Shown here in pieces: positions 8,300-15,832 of a DNA stretch of 32,000 nucleotides; the stretch's first letter is position 1, and each line of letters begins with the position of its first letter. The stretch spans positions 1-32,000 of the forward strand of contig NJBF01000001.1 in NCBI GenBank assembly GCA_003144275.1, read 5' to 3'. Both the position numbers and the translations under genes were made by a program. The notes under the pieces are model-generated. The model was not told where the DNA came from and searched no databases. It saw only the letters and a list, made by a program, of their open reading frames with translations. This DNA is from Candidatus Heimdallarchaeota archaeon B3_Heim (lineage in GTDB: Archaea; Asgardarchaeota; Heimdallarchaeia; Hodarchaeales; Hodarchaeaceae).

Positions 8300-8628
8300 T
8301 CTTCATCAGTGGAAGGATAAAAAATACGTACCCTTTTTCTAAGCTTTGGTTTTATCGGTTGAATGGATGGATTAAGATAAGGGTCTTTCAGTCCAAAATC
8401 TTGACTTTTTTCTTTCGTAAGTTTGCTGTAAATTTGACTAGATATTCGATCACGAGAAGTTTGACGGGATTGGGGTTTTTTGGTACTAAATTTTCTTGGT
8501 GAAGGTACAGTTAATCGAATGGTTGTTCGTTTTCCACATTTAGGGCAATACCACGCACCTGTGACAGGTTGTTCATTTGAACGAGGAATGTATCCACAAA
8601 ATTGACATTTAAATTCAGATTCTCTCAT
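8296..8628 (-). CDS. Small Zn-ribbon protein with basic tail, function unknown
   Basis: CQFC-x13-CPKC at the N-terminus and a Lys/Arg-rich remainder. It overlaps the E1 stop by 4 nt (convergent). Confidence 0.65.
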   Translation of the reverse strand: MRESEFKCQFCGYIPRSNEQPVTGAWYCPKCGKRTTIRLTVPSPRKFSTKKPQSRQTSRDRISSQIYSKLTKEKSQDFGLKDPYLNPSIQPIKPKLRKRVRIFYPSTDED

Positions 8629-8778
8629 TTGGTAACATCACACAAGATAATTACGTTGAAATTGGATAAGATTTCCTTATACATGAAATAATACTAGACG
8701 TAATAATATTTGAATTAAATATTCTAAAGGTGAATAATATAAAAATGTCTCCCCTTTCATCGATTTAGCATCTCTTGG

Positions 8779-10539
8779 TTGTGCATTATGTTAAGACGAA
8801 AGAAGAAGAAATGGCTAGAAGCAGTTTCTACGGCACAATCACCAATACGGATGGAGGATTTTTCTTCTTCTACTGATAAAATGAATGTTATCGCCTTTTT
8901 ATATGAAAAAATCCAACAACAACAATTGGATGGGCTTTTAGACTATAATCATATCTATTTCATTCCGAAATCACATATCTACAGAAAAATTCAACAATTG
9001 CTAGACACACAAGGAATGGTTGATATATGTGAACTAATAGACCTAATGAATTTACCAGGTAATTTGCTTGAGCCTATTATCCATGATTACGTGCAAGAAA
9101 TAGACGGTTTTTTTGATTTAATCAAACGAAAATTCTTTACACGATCAGGAGCTATCTCATTCATTACTAAACTTCTTGGTAACACTCCCACGCATGATCT
9201 TGAATATTTACTAAATCAGATATACTGGACAGATCACCAATTAGAAGCTGTATTAGACTTAATGGCGCAAAAAGATCTATTCAGGGGTTATATTGACCCT
9301 ATCAAACAACGTTTATACAACTTCAAATCCCTTCGTTTTTCCCTTACTACTCCGAATGAAGGATCGATGAGAGCCCTATCCCGATTCATAAATGCATCCT
9401 TCCAAATTTCTTCAGAAGTTTCTTTAATAGACATTTCTCGCCTTACAACGCTACCACAGGATGATCCATTGAAATTTCTTGAACTCTTTGAGAATCGTTT
9501 GAGTTATATTAGTTCTAAGGATAGAGATTATATATACTCTACAATCGATATTGTTTCGCAAATTATATGGGATATTTATGTGTATGAAGAGATACCTTTG
9601 GATTTCTGGGTAGCCAGGTTTGATCTTGGGTTTGAAGCCTTATCTGATCTATTATTAGTATTAAATGAAAGTTTTCGAGGTAGCTTATCGGAAAAGTTTC
9701 TAAAAGGTATTTCTTTGATTCATTGGTTCGAACAAGGAATTGATATTGAAGGATTAGCTACAAAAATAAATATAGACGTCTTGAGATTGTTAAAAGAGAT
9801 AACAACTATAGCTCTTCGTTTAGAACTTCGTTTGGTGGCAGGTGATTCAATAAATCCGTTTCTAGTGAAAGGAATCAGAGATTTAGAGATATTTTGTCAA
9901 ATAGATACTTCCTCATATTCCAATCCTTCAGTATATTTTGAGTGCCAAAATTGTAGGAGGGTAATGTGCTCAAACTGCAGAAAAATTGATAGCACCCATG
10001 AATGTCCGTTTTGTGGAAATATTTCTGCGTTTATTATCGATCTACCACGGAATTGTCCTACTTGCCAATTGACCTATGCTTATTCATATAATCTTGAAAC
10101 AACTGAGGAGTGCTATTTCTGTGAACAAGGTCCATTGAAATCTGGATGGTTTACTTCAGAGCAAAAACCCCTGAGTCTTACCCCTACTGAAAATCAATTG
10201 GTTAATTTCATCCAGAATCATCATTCTCCAATAATTCCTCTTCAACAAATTATTGATTTTATTAGTCAATCATCAGATGAAGTCATAAAAATACTAGAAA
10301 AACTCATTACTCACAAAATCATTGCAGGAACAATTAGTATTCAAAAATTGCAATTGAAAATTAAAAAAACTTATGTTTCGTTTGAATGTGTGGTTTGTAA
10401 TTGGATTAAAACCGATAAAAAGAAGTTTATCTGTAATTTGTGTAAAGCAGAAGTCTGTGAAAATTGTTATCAAGGGATGGAGTCGGTTGGAATGGTTGAT
10501 TGTCCAGAATGTGGATCATCTCTTGAGTTAGTAGAATAA
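8779..10539 (+). CDS. Putative E3 ligase: tandem winged-helix repeats (UFL1-like) plus two RING-like Cys clusters and a Zn ribbon; probable start ATG 8788
   Basis: Residues ~70-172 resemble the UFL1 N-terminal WH repeats (GMVDICEL...LPGNLL...IDGFFDL...FFT...LFRGYI). Cys clusters are C-x2-D-x12-C-x2-C-x4-C-x2-C-x8-C-x2-C and C-x2-C-x11-C-x2-C-x4-C-x2-C-x11-C-x2-C, with a PCI/WH-like segment (LITHKIIAGTI) between them. Confidence 0.6.
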   Translation: MCIMLRRKKKKWLEAVSTAQSPIRMEDFSSSTDKMNVIAFLYEKIQQQQLDGLLDYNHIYFIPKSHIYRKIQQLLDTQGMVDICELIDLMNLPGNLLEPIIHDYVQEIDGFFDLIKRKFFTRSGAISFITKLLGNTPTHDLEYLLNQIYWTDHQLEAVLDLMAQKDLFRGYIDPIKQRLYNFKSLRFSLTTPNEGSMRALSRFINASFQISSEVSLIDISRLTTLPQDDPLKFLELFENRLSYISSKDRDYIYSTIDIVSQIIWDIYVYEEIPLDFWVARFDLGFEALSDLLLVLNESFRGSLSEKFLKGISLIHWFEQGIDIEGLATKINIDVLRLLKEITTIALRLELRLVAGDSINPFLVKGIRDLEIFCQIDTSSYSNPSVYFECQNCRRVMCSNCRKIDSTHECPFCGNISAFIIDLPRNCPTCQLTYAYSYNLETTEECYFCEQGPLKSGWFTSEQKPLSLTPTENQLVNFIQNHHSPIIPLQQIIDFISQSSDEVIKILEKLITHKIIAGTISIQKLQLKIKKTYVSFECVVCNWIKTDKKKFICNLCKAEVCENCYQGMESVGMVDCPECGSSLELVE

Positions 10540-10547
10540 ATTAGTTA

Positions 10548-11441
10548 TTATAACGATTTTTCGGCTTTTATTTTTGCGAGTTTTGATGAATATTTATCGG
10601 CTATTTCTTTATATCGTTTTTCAGAGATTTTACCTCCTAAAAACATCTCATCAGCCTGTTCGAGCATTAATTCGAATTTTTTAATTTTTTCTGAAACGTC
10701 ATCAAATTGATTTCGCTCTTCTGCGAGTTCTTGTTGAGTTTCAATAATTTGCTTTTCAATCTCATATGTAAGTAAGGTTTCGTACTCTTCAGGCACTTTA
10801 AATCCACCAATATCTAATCCTACTAGTTCTAGTCCCCATCGAGAGCTTTCAGGACCTAATTCAGATCTTGTTTGAATTTCTAAGCTTCTTCTTTCTTTTA
10901 ATAACTCAGGTACAGTGTAACGAGTCATAACATGTTTAACAGCTGCTATCACCGTCTGTTTCACCCAATTTTTAAGCTCATTTCCACTATAATACTGTTT
11001 ATGGGAGACTACGTTCATGATAAAATTCCTTGGATTCACAATCCGCATCCGAGAAATTCCCCAACATCCCACCATAACATTGTCTGAGGTGTAAATACCA
11101 GGCGTTCCCCATTTAATGATAAATTCACGTTTTGTAACCCATATAATTTCACTTCCAGGATGCTTCGCTGTTTTTTCCAATTGGTAAATTCCACTCCCAG
11201 CAACTCCAACTAGCACCCCTGACTGTAACAACACAGCATTTTCTGGTTCTTTTACAATAAAGCCGTCAATTTTTCTAAAGTTATCATTTTCTTCTGCTTT
11301 CACTCTATGAATTAACGATTCACCAAGTGAATCATCAAATTTTGAGCTTAGAATCGCTTTTCCCTTGAATTTCTTGGTACCTATGTGAATTGTATCCCCT
11401 ATTTTACGGAATAGTCCACCAAATTTGTCTGTTTCCGCCAT
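10548..11441 (-). CDS. SPFH/Band-7 domain protein with C-terminal coiled coil and SHOCT-like helix
   Basis: V.EPENAVLLQSG, WGLELVGLDIGGFKVPEE and ELGPESSRWG are SPFH patterns. A coiled coil precedes LEQADEMFLGGKISEKRYKEI. Confidence 0.8.
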   Translation of the reverse strand: MAETDKFGGLFRKIGDTIHIGTKKFKGKAILSSKFDDSLGESLIHRVKAEENDNFRKIDGFIVKEPENAVLLQSGVLVGVAGSGIYQLEKTAKHPGSEIIWVTKREFIIKWGTPGIYTSDNVMVGCWGISRMRIVNPRNFIMNVVSHKQYYSGNELKNWVKQTVIAAVKHVMTRYTVPELLKERRSLEIQTRSELGPESSRWGLELVGLDIGGFKVPEEYETLLTYEIEKQIIETQQELAEERNQFDDVSEKIKKFELMLEQADEMFLGGKISEKRYKEIADKYSSKLAKIKAEKSL

Positions 11442-11450
11442 CGCTTCTAC

Positions 11451-12452
11451 CTACCACTCTTCATCTCCATATAACCCTGGAAAGTAATACTGATCTCCTG
11501 AATCAAGTGATGACACTTTTCGAGCAACTTTTTGATTGACAAGACTATCTAAGACCCTCATTACTCGTTGTTGATCCCATTTAGTATGAATCATAACTTC
11601 CTCAAATGTTACATATCCTTTATCTATTGCTAGATTAAATATGTTCCGGGCATCTTTTCCAAGAGCTACTGGTGTAAACTCGACAATTTTTATGCCAGAT
11701 TGCTTGGAAACTCCTTCAATTAACGATTGTTTAGTTAGTTGTTTACAGGCCTTTTCTAAATCTTTCAATGAAAACTTGATATCTGGAACTTGATTTTTCA
11801 GAGAAGTATACAAGTTTGCCATTGAAATATAACCACCTGAACTTGCTCTAAGAGTTTTTCCTTGTTCAAGAATTAAATCAGCAAGATTGTCGACAAATTT
11901 CCCTTTCCCAAATATTTTTGGCTTTTTTGTTGCATCTAACGCAGTTATTGTTAGTGTACGCCCTTCTTTTCGGAGTAACTCTCTCTCTAATTGCTGAATG
12001 CGGGAATCATATTTCTTCTGTAAATTCTTAATTCCCTCGGTTGATACTGGAGCTCCGTTAGCCAACTTATTTTGAACTTGAACTACCTCTTCTAATCTCG
12101 TTATCTGTTCACGAAGATCTAACAACTCACTGCGGAGATCTAATTCTTTATTCCCAAATTCAAGATCATCAATTAATAGTTTAGACCGTTCTGTTATTTG
12201 GTCACAAAGAATAGTTGCCAGTAGCTGCGCAACACGGATTTCCCCACTTTCCTTTAAATTGGCCATTTTATTATCAGAGTAGAGTATTATATCAGGCACA
12301 GTTTCGCTTAAATACCTAATCTCTTCAAATTGTGTATAAGATTTAATTACTAGATCTGATATGTGTTTAGCTTTCATTGCAGCGGTATTACTTAATTGAT
12401 TTAGCGCATTACTTGCAGTTTGAAATTTTTCTCTCAAAATAAGGGTCACCAC
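11451..12452 (-). CDS. ESCRT-II Vps22/Vps36 (EAP30)-like protein with N-terminal coiled coil
   Basis: C-terminal tandem winged helices GGYISMANLY...SLKDLEKAC..L and GYVT...W...RV..VLD.LV ending in YYFPGL, typical of the EAP30/Vps36 family. The heptad-rich region covers roughly residues 90-165. Confidence 0.82.
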   Translation of the reverse strand: MVTLILREKFQTASNALNQLSNTAAMKAKHISDLVIKSYTQFEEIRYLSETVPDIILYSDNKMANLKESGEIRVAQLLATILCDQITERSKLLIDDLEFGNKELDLRSELLDLREQITRLEEVVQVQNKLANGAPVSTEGIKNLQKKYDSRIQQLERELLRKEGRTLTITALDATKKPKIFGKGKFVDNLADLILEQGKTLRASSGGYISMANLYTSLKNQVPDIKFSLKDLEKACKQLTKQSLIEGVSKQSGIKIVEFTPVALGKDARNIFNLAIDKGYVTFEEVMIHTKWDQQRVMRVLDSLVNQKVARKVSSLDSGDQYYFPGLYGDEEW

Positions 12453-12748
12453 ACTTATTTTTTTCTCAAATAAGAGATTAAATATTAATACATTTGATTT
12501 TGATCACTTAAAAGTGTCAAAATCCGTTATTCACATTTGTAACGATTTTAATCCTTTTAAAGGTTTATGTTTAGGTGTGTTTAGAAAGATCTAATCGTAA
12601 TTTAGAGATTACGAAATTTTCATACTTAATCTCTGAGCCTGCAAAGTATAGAGAAGGTTATGTGCAGCAAATGAACATTGACATTGCAAAGCTAATCTGT
12701 GATTCTGTCCCTCTCTCCTAACATGTTTTCAATAGAATTTCACCTTGG

Positions 12749-12772
12749 AAAAAAAAAGCAAGTTAAAAAAAA
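12749..12772 (-). terminator. Poly-U tracts downstream of the gins-rps27e-aIF2a-nop10-NAT operon (archaeal-type terminator)
   Basis: Two runs of 8-9 T on the minus strand immediately after the NAT stop codon. Confidence 0.5.
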
Positions 12773-12776
12773 CTAA

Positions 12777-13271
12777 TTATTCACTTTTCTTTACTTTCTG
12801 AGCCATTAAATATGCCCCTTCCATATCACGGTAATAATGACGCAATTCTTTAACAATTTTATACTCTAGAGACTCATACAATTTTACCGCAGCAATGTTT
12901 GACATCCTTACTTCGAGAAAAAGCTCGTCTGCTCCATATTCTCTCATTGCTTCTGATGAAGCATTAATTAGCTTTGTAGCAATTTTGCTTCTTCTATATT
13001 CGGGTAGAACAGCTATACTTACCGTGTGACCCTTTTTAGCCCGGTGAAAAATTGAAAAGAGACTAAGACCACTTTCAATTCGACCCATGGTGTATCCGAC
13101 AATGATTCCATTTACTTCAGCTAGAGCAAATCCTTTGGGGCATTCTGAAAAAATAGTACGGAAAAAACCCTCAGGGTAATTTTCAGGTAAACATTGACGA
13201 TTTATATCTATAACATTGTCTAGATCTTTCAGTTCGAAATTACGAATGATTACCGATGTCTGTTCGGTCAT
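12777..13271 (-). CDS. ard1: Protein N-terminal acetyltransferase, Ard1/Naa10-like (GNAT)
   Basis: INRQCLPENYP, GHTVSIAVLPEYRRSKIA, LEVRMSN..A..LY, YY.D.EGAY.M. Confidence 0.92.
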   Translation of the reverse strand: MTEQTSVIIRNFELKDLDNVIDINRQCLPENYPEGFFRTIFSECPKGFALAEVNGIIVGYTMGRIESGLSLFSIFHRAKKGHTVSIAVLPEYRRSKIATKLINASSEAMREYGADELFLEVRMSNIAAVKLYESLEYKIVKELRHYYRDMEGAYLMAQKVKKSE

Positions 13272-13444
13272 AAAACACCCCTATCTTTAGCTTCCTGTTT
13301 CATGCGGCGACGATATTCCGCATATTTGTCGTGAGGTGAAAATTTTGGTGGATAAGTTGTTCTAAACCTGTGATTACATAAATTACATACTTCAAGAGAT
13401 TGGTCTACTGTATATCTGCATTCGCATTTTCTTAGTAAACGCAT
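13268..13444 (-). CDS. nop10: H/ACA RNP protein Nop10 (58 aa; not in the supplied ORF track)
   Basis: Manual translation gives MRLLRKCECRYTVDQSLEVCNLCNHRFRTTYPPKFSPHDKYAEYRRRMKQEAKDRGVL, with a Zn ribbon and the PPKFSP.DKY..YRR signature. It occupies the canonical position after aIF2alpha and overlaps the NAT start as ATGA. Confidence 0.95.
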   Translation of the reverse strand: MRLLRKCECRYTVDQSLEVCNLCNHRFRTTYPPKFSPHDKYAEYRRRMKQEAKDRGVL

Positions 13445-13473
13445 TTGAATCCCAGAACAGTGTTACAGACGAT

Positions 13474-14259
13474 TTATTTTCTTTCAAATGAAATTTCTAC
13501 GTCATTGGCCTTAAGGCTAGCTTGAACTTCCTTTTGAACATTTTTCCAAACAGTTTCAGCAGTTTTCCAATCCGCACTCTCGATAGTGCATCTATAATCA
13601 GGAGGAGAAATTACTTGCATATACAAATCTGAACCTTTATGTTTCTTCTTGAATGATTGCGTGTATTTTTTGAAGAAATTAGAAAGAACAACGGCTCCAT
13701 CTGAATCATAGCAAGTAACTGATATTTTTCCAAGTAATCGAACTGTAGGAGGTTGTAATTCCTTAACAGCTAGATCATAGAGGACACTCGCAACCTTTTC
13801 AGGAATATCGATCTTGGTCAATATTTTCACAGACTTCTCACGTAGTAGGAGTAAAGCTTCGTAAATAGAGCCATAGTTAACCATCAAGATCTTTTCAACA
13901 CTTTCTGTTTCCGTTTCTGTCTTCTCACACGCAACGGTTACAATACCTCTTGCACGACTTTCCTGTTTGAGCTCCGTGAGTTTCGTACGTCGTTGAGGCT
14001 CAGACACTCTCCGAATAGACATATCTATTTCTCCCCGTGCAGAGTCTATCCTCAGTATCTTAGCTACAACTCTCTGCCCTTCACGAACCTGACTTCGGAT
14101 ATTCCTAACCCATGTACGGCTAAGCTCTGAAATGTGTACAAATCCTGCTTCAGCTCCAAGGCCTTCATAATCAAAGATCTCAAAATATGCTCCATGAGGA
14201 GTAACCTTTGAGCATGATCCAACTACCAATTCTCCAACAGCAGGAAATTTAGATTCCAT
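13474..14259 (-). CDS. eif2a: Translation initiation factor 2 subunit alpha (aIF2alpha)
   Basis: FPAVGELVVG, S1 domain with GFVHISELSRTWVRNIR, IDMSIRRVS, and ISPPDYR. Confidence 0.96.
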   Translation of the reverse strand: MESKFPAVGELVVGSCSKVTPHGAYFEIFDYEGLGAEAGFVHISELSRTWVRNIRSQVREGQRVVAKILRIDSARGEIDMSIRRVSEPQRRTKLTELKQESRARGIVTVACEKTETETESVEKILMVNYGSIYEALLLLREKSVKILTKIDIPEKVASVLYDLAVKELQPPTVRLLGKISVTCYDSDGAVVLSNFFKKYTQSFKKKHKGSDLYMQVISPPDYRCTIESADWKTAETVWKNVQKEVQASLKANDVEISFERK

Positions 14260-14272
14260 ATACTATCACCTA

Positions 14273-14467
14273 TTATTTGTTATCTAAGATTTCAATAACT
14301 TCTCCGAACAATCGAGTGATTCCAGAACGAGGTTCAGCAAGAACTTTTCCACAAACACGACAATTAATGTGTGTCGTGGCATGAGAAAAGATTTCCTGAA
14401 CATTACCACATTCACAGGAGATTTTAAGGAAATTAGATCGGGGTTGAGGAATATATTTTTTCTTCAT
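14273..14467 (-). CDS. rps27e: 30S ribosomal protein S27e
   Basis: PQPRSNFLKISCECGNVQEIFSHA...CRVCGKVLAEPRSG; canonical position upstream of aIF2alpha. Confidence 0.96.
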   Translation of the reverse strand: MKKKYIPQPRSNFLKISCECGNVQEIFSHATTHINCRVCGKVLAEPRSGITRLFGEVIEILDNK

Positions 14468-14484
14468 AATAATTCACCAAATTT

Positions 14485-15090
14485 TTACCCATCAGGGGTT
14501 TCTATTAAACGAGCAACTCCACGTGCCACCAAAGCAGTTGCATTTTCTAAGGGAACTTGTACGATGTCGTTCTTTTCTAGTGGTCCGTAAGATACATCAT
14601 CCAAACCTATGAACGCTTCAACATTAGAGAGCATTCTAATAATTGAATATTCTAACATAGTAGTTTTTTTTTCACTAATCTCCTGAAAGGGGTCTAGGAC
14701 TACTGTAGAATTTTCAAATTGGTCTATTTCGGGTGAAACTCTTGGAGTATCTAAAATGTTTGGTTTCTCAACGCCAATCGTTTCAATCGAGAGTCGCAGA
14801 TTATTCGCTATTCTACGCTCTCCCCAAGTTAAGCCGCTTTCATCAAAAAAAGTATGATTAATAACCAGATTTACTATCTTGATTAGTCTTAAGTGCACTA
14901 AATCTTTCCTGAGAAATATGATCCGATCTAAAACGGCATTAGCCAGAGTCGTATTTGCTAATTGTTGAACATCTTCTGATAATTTTGCCAGTAAACCATC
15001 GAGGGAAATATACAAATCCTTGGGAATGTTACAAAGCGAAGAATTCAACTTCTCATTTTTCCATAACAGAATTAAATCATTGTAGTCCAA
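14485..15090 (-). CDS. GINS subunit (Gins15/Gins51-type)
   Basis: Helical A domain (EK...SLCNIPKDLY...R...I+), LTWGERRI, and C-terminal B domain IRML..V..FIGLD..SYGPLEKNDIVQVPLENATALV.RG.A; conserved neighbourhood with rps27e/aIF2alpha. Confidence 0.88.
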   Translation of the reverse strand: MDYNDLILLWKNEKLNSSLCNIPKDLYISLDGLLAKLSEDVQQLANTTLANAVLDRIIFLRKDLVHLRLIKIVNLVINHTFFDESGLTWGERRIANNLRLSIETIGVEKPNILDTPRVSPEIDQFENSTVVLDPFQEISEKKTTMLEYSIIRMLSNVEAFIGLDDVSYGPLEKNDIVQVPLENATALVARGVARLIETPDG

Positions 15091-15317
15091 AAAATCTCCT
15101 CTAAGGAATGCCTACCTTTTCACGAAAGATTCATGCTTCATAATCCCTTATAAGTAAAAATTATCAATAGGTAAAAAATCTAGTGTGTGAAATATCTATT
15201 TGGCTAATCTCCGATTGACTTAATAATGCGATTCAAGAGAAAGGAAATTAAATTTTACGTATTTCCAGTTTCAGTGCATTTTGGCACAAAAATTGGGAAA
15301 TACCAATCAAAAGATGA

Positions 15318-15484
15318 AGCCACTGGTGGGAATTTCAAATAATATTCCGAGAAATACTATTTTTTGAACCCACGACATCCTCCTGTTTGTTTCTCATCAG
15401 AATAAACTGGGAGTAATACCAAGGAGGCGCTATAACCGTGCTTTGCCGAGATGATCGAAAGAAAATCTCATAAGCCACAGTGGC
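15318..15484 (-). tRNA. trnT: tRNA-Thr(GGU) interrupted by three introns (14/15, 37/38, 59/60); CCA not encoded
   Basis: Exons 15484-15471, 15441-15417, 15384-15363 and 15331-15318 splice to the 75-nt sequence GCCACTGTGGCTTAGCACGGTTATAGCGCCTCCTTGGTAAGGAGGATGTCGTGGGTTCAAATCCCACCAGTGGCT. Acceptor GCCACTG/CAGTGGC, anticodon stem CCTCC/GGAGG and T stem GTGGG/CCCAC are all perfectly paired; discriminator is U73. Confidence 0.92.
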
Positions 15485-15832
15485 AATTTAGTCTTCTGAT
15501 TACTCTGGATTTAATTTATCCAGAATTCTATTAAAACTCCCCTGATGAGTATTTTAGAATGTTTTTACTTATGTCGTAAGAAACCCAAATGACATTAACT
15601 CACTCAAACAATAGAAATTTCTTTCAATATACTGAACGAAGAGAAAAAACACCTGCTACAATGAAATCGGTTTGGATCAGACTGCGATATAGGAAAATCA
15701 TTTTGAAATATTCAATTTTCAATTGAACTTTAGGTGTAAAAACAAAAAGGAAGATTTAAGATACTGAAATCGCGGTTTCAAGATAGAACAGAGTTCTTGA
15801 TATGAAGAATGTGTTTTTCTAGTATGAACTGA

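Noticed and set aside
3474-10539. Calling the locus a bona fide orthologous UFM1 pathway
   Set aside because: No UBA5-type E1, UFC1-type (TAK motif) E2, DDRGK1/UFBP1, CDK5RAP3 or UFSP cysteine protease is recognisable, and the Ubl ends GG rather than VG. Only a UFM-like mosaic is supportable, and the similarities were judged by eye.
12595-12614. Inverted repeat TCGTAAT-ttagag-ATTACGA upstream of the Vps22/36-like gene
   Set aside because: Single occurrence in AT-rich DNA with no second copy recognised; cannot be distinguished from chance.
225-15484. Functional link between thrS and tRNA-Thr in the same window
   Set aside because: They are 13 kb apart on opposite strands with unrelated genes between; no evidence of co-regulation.
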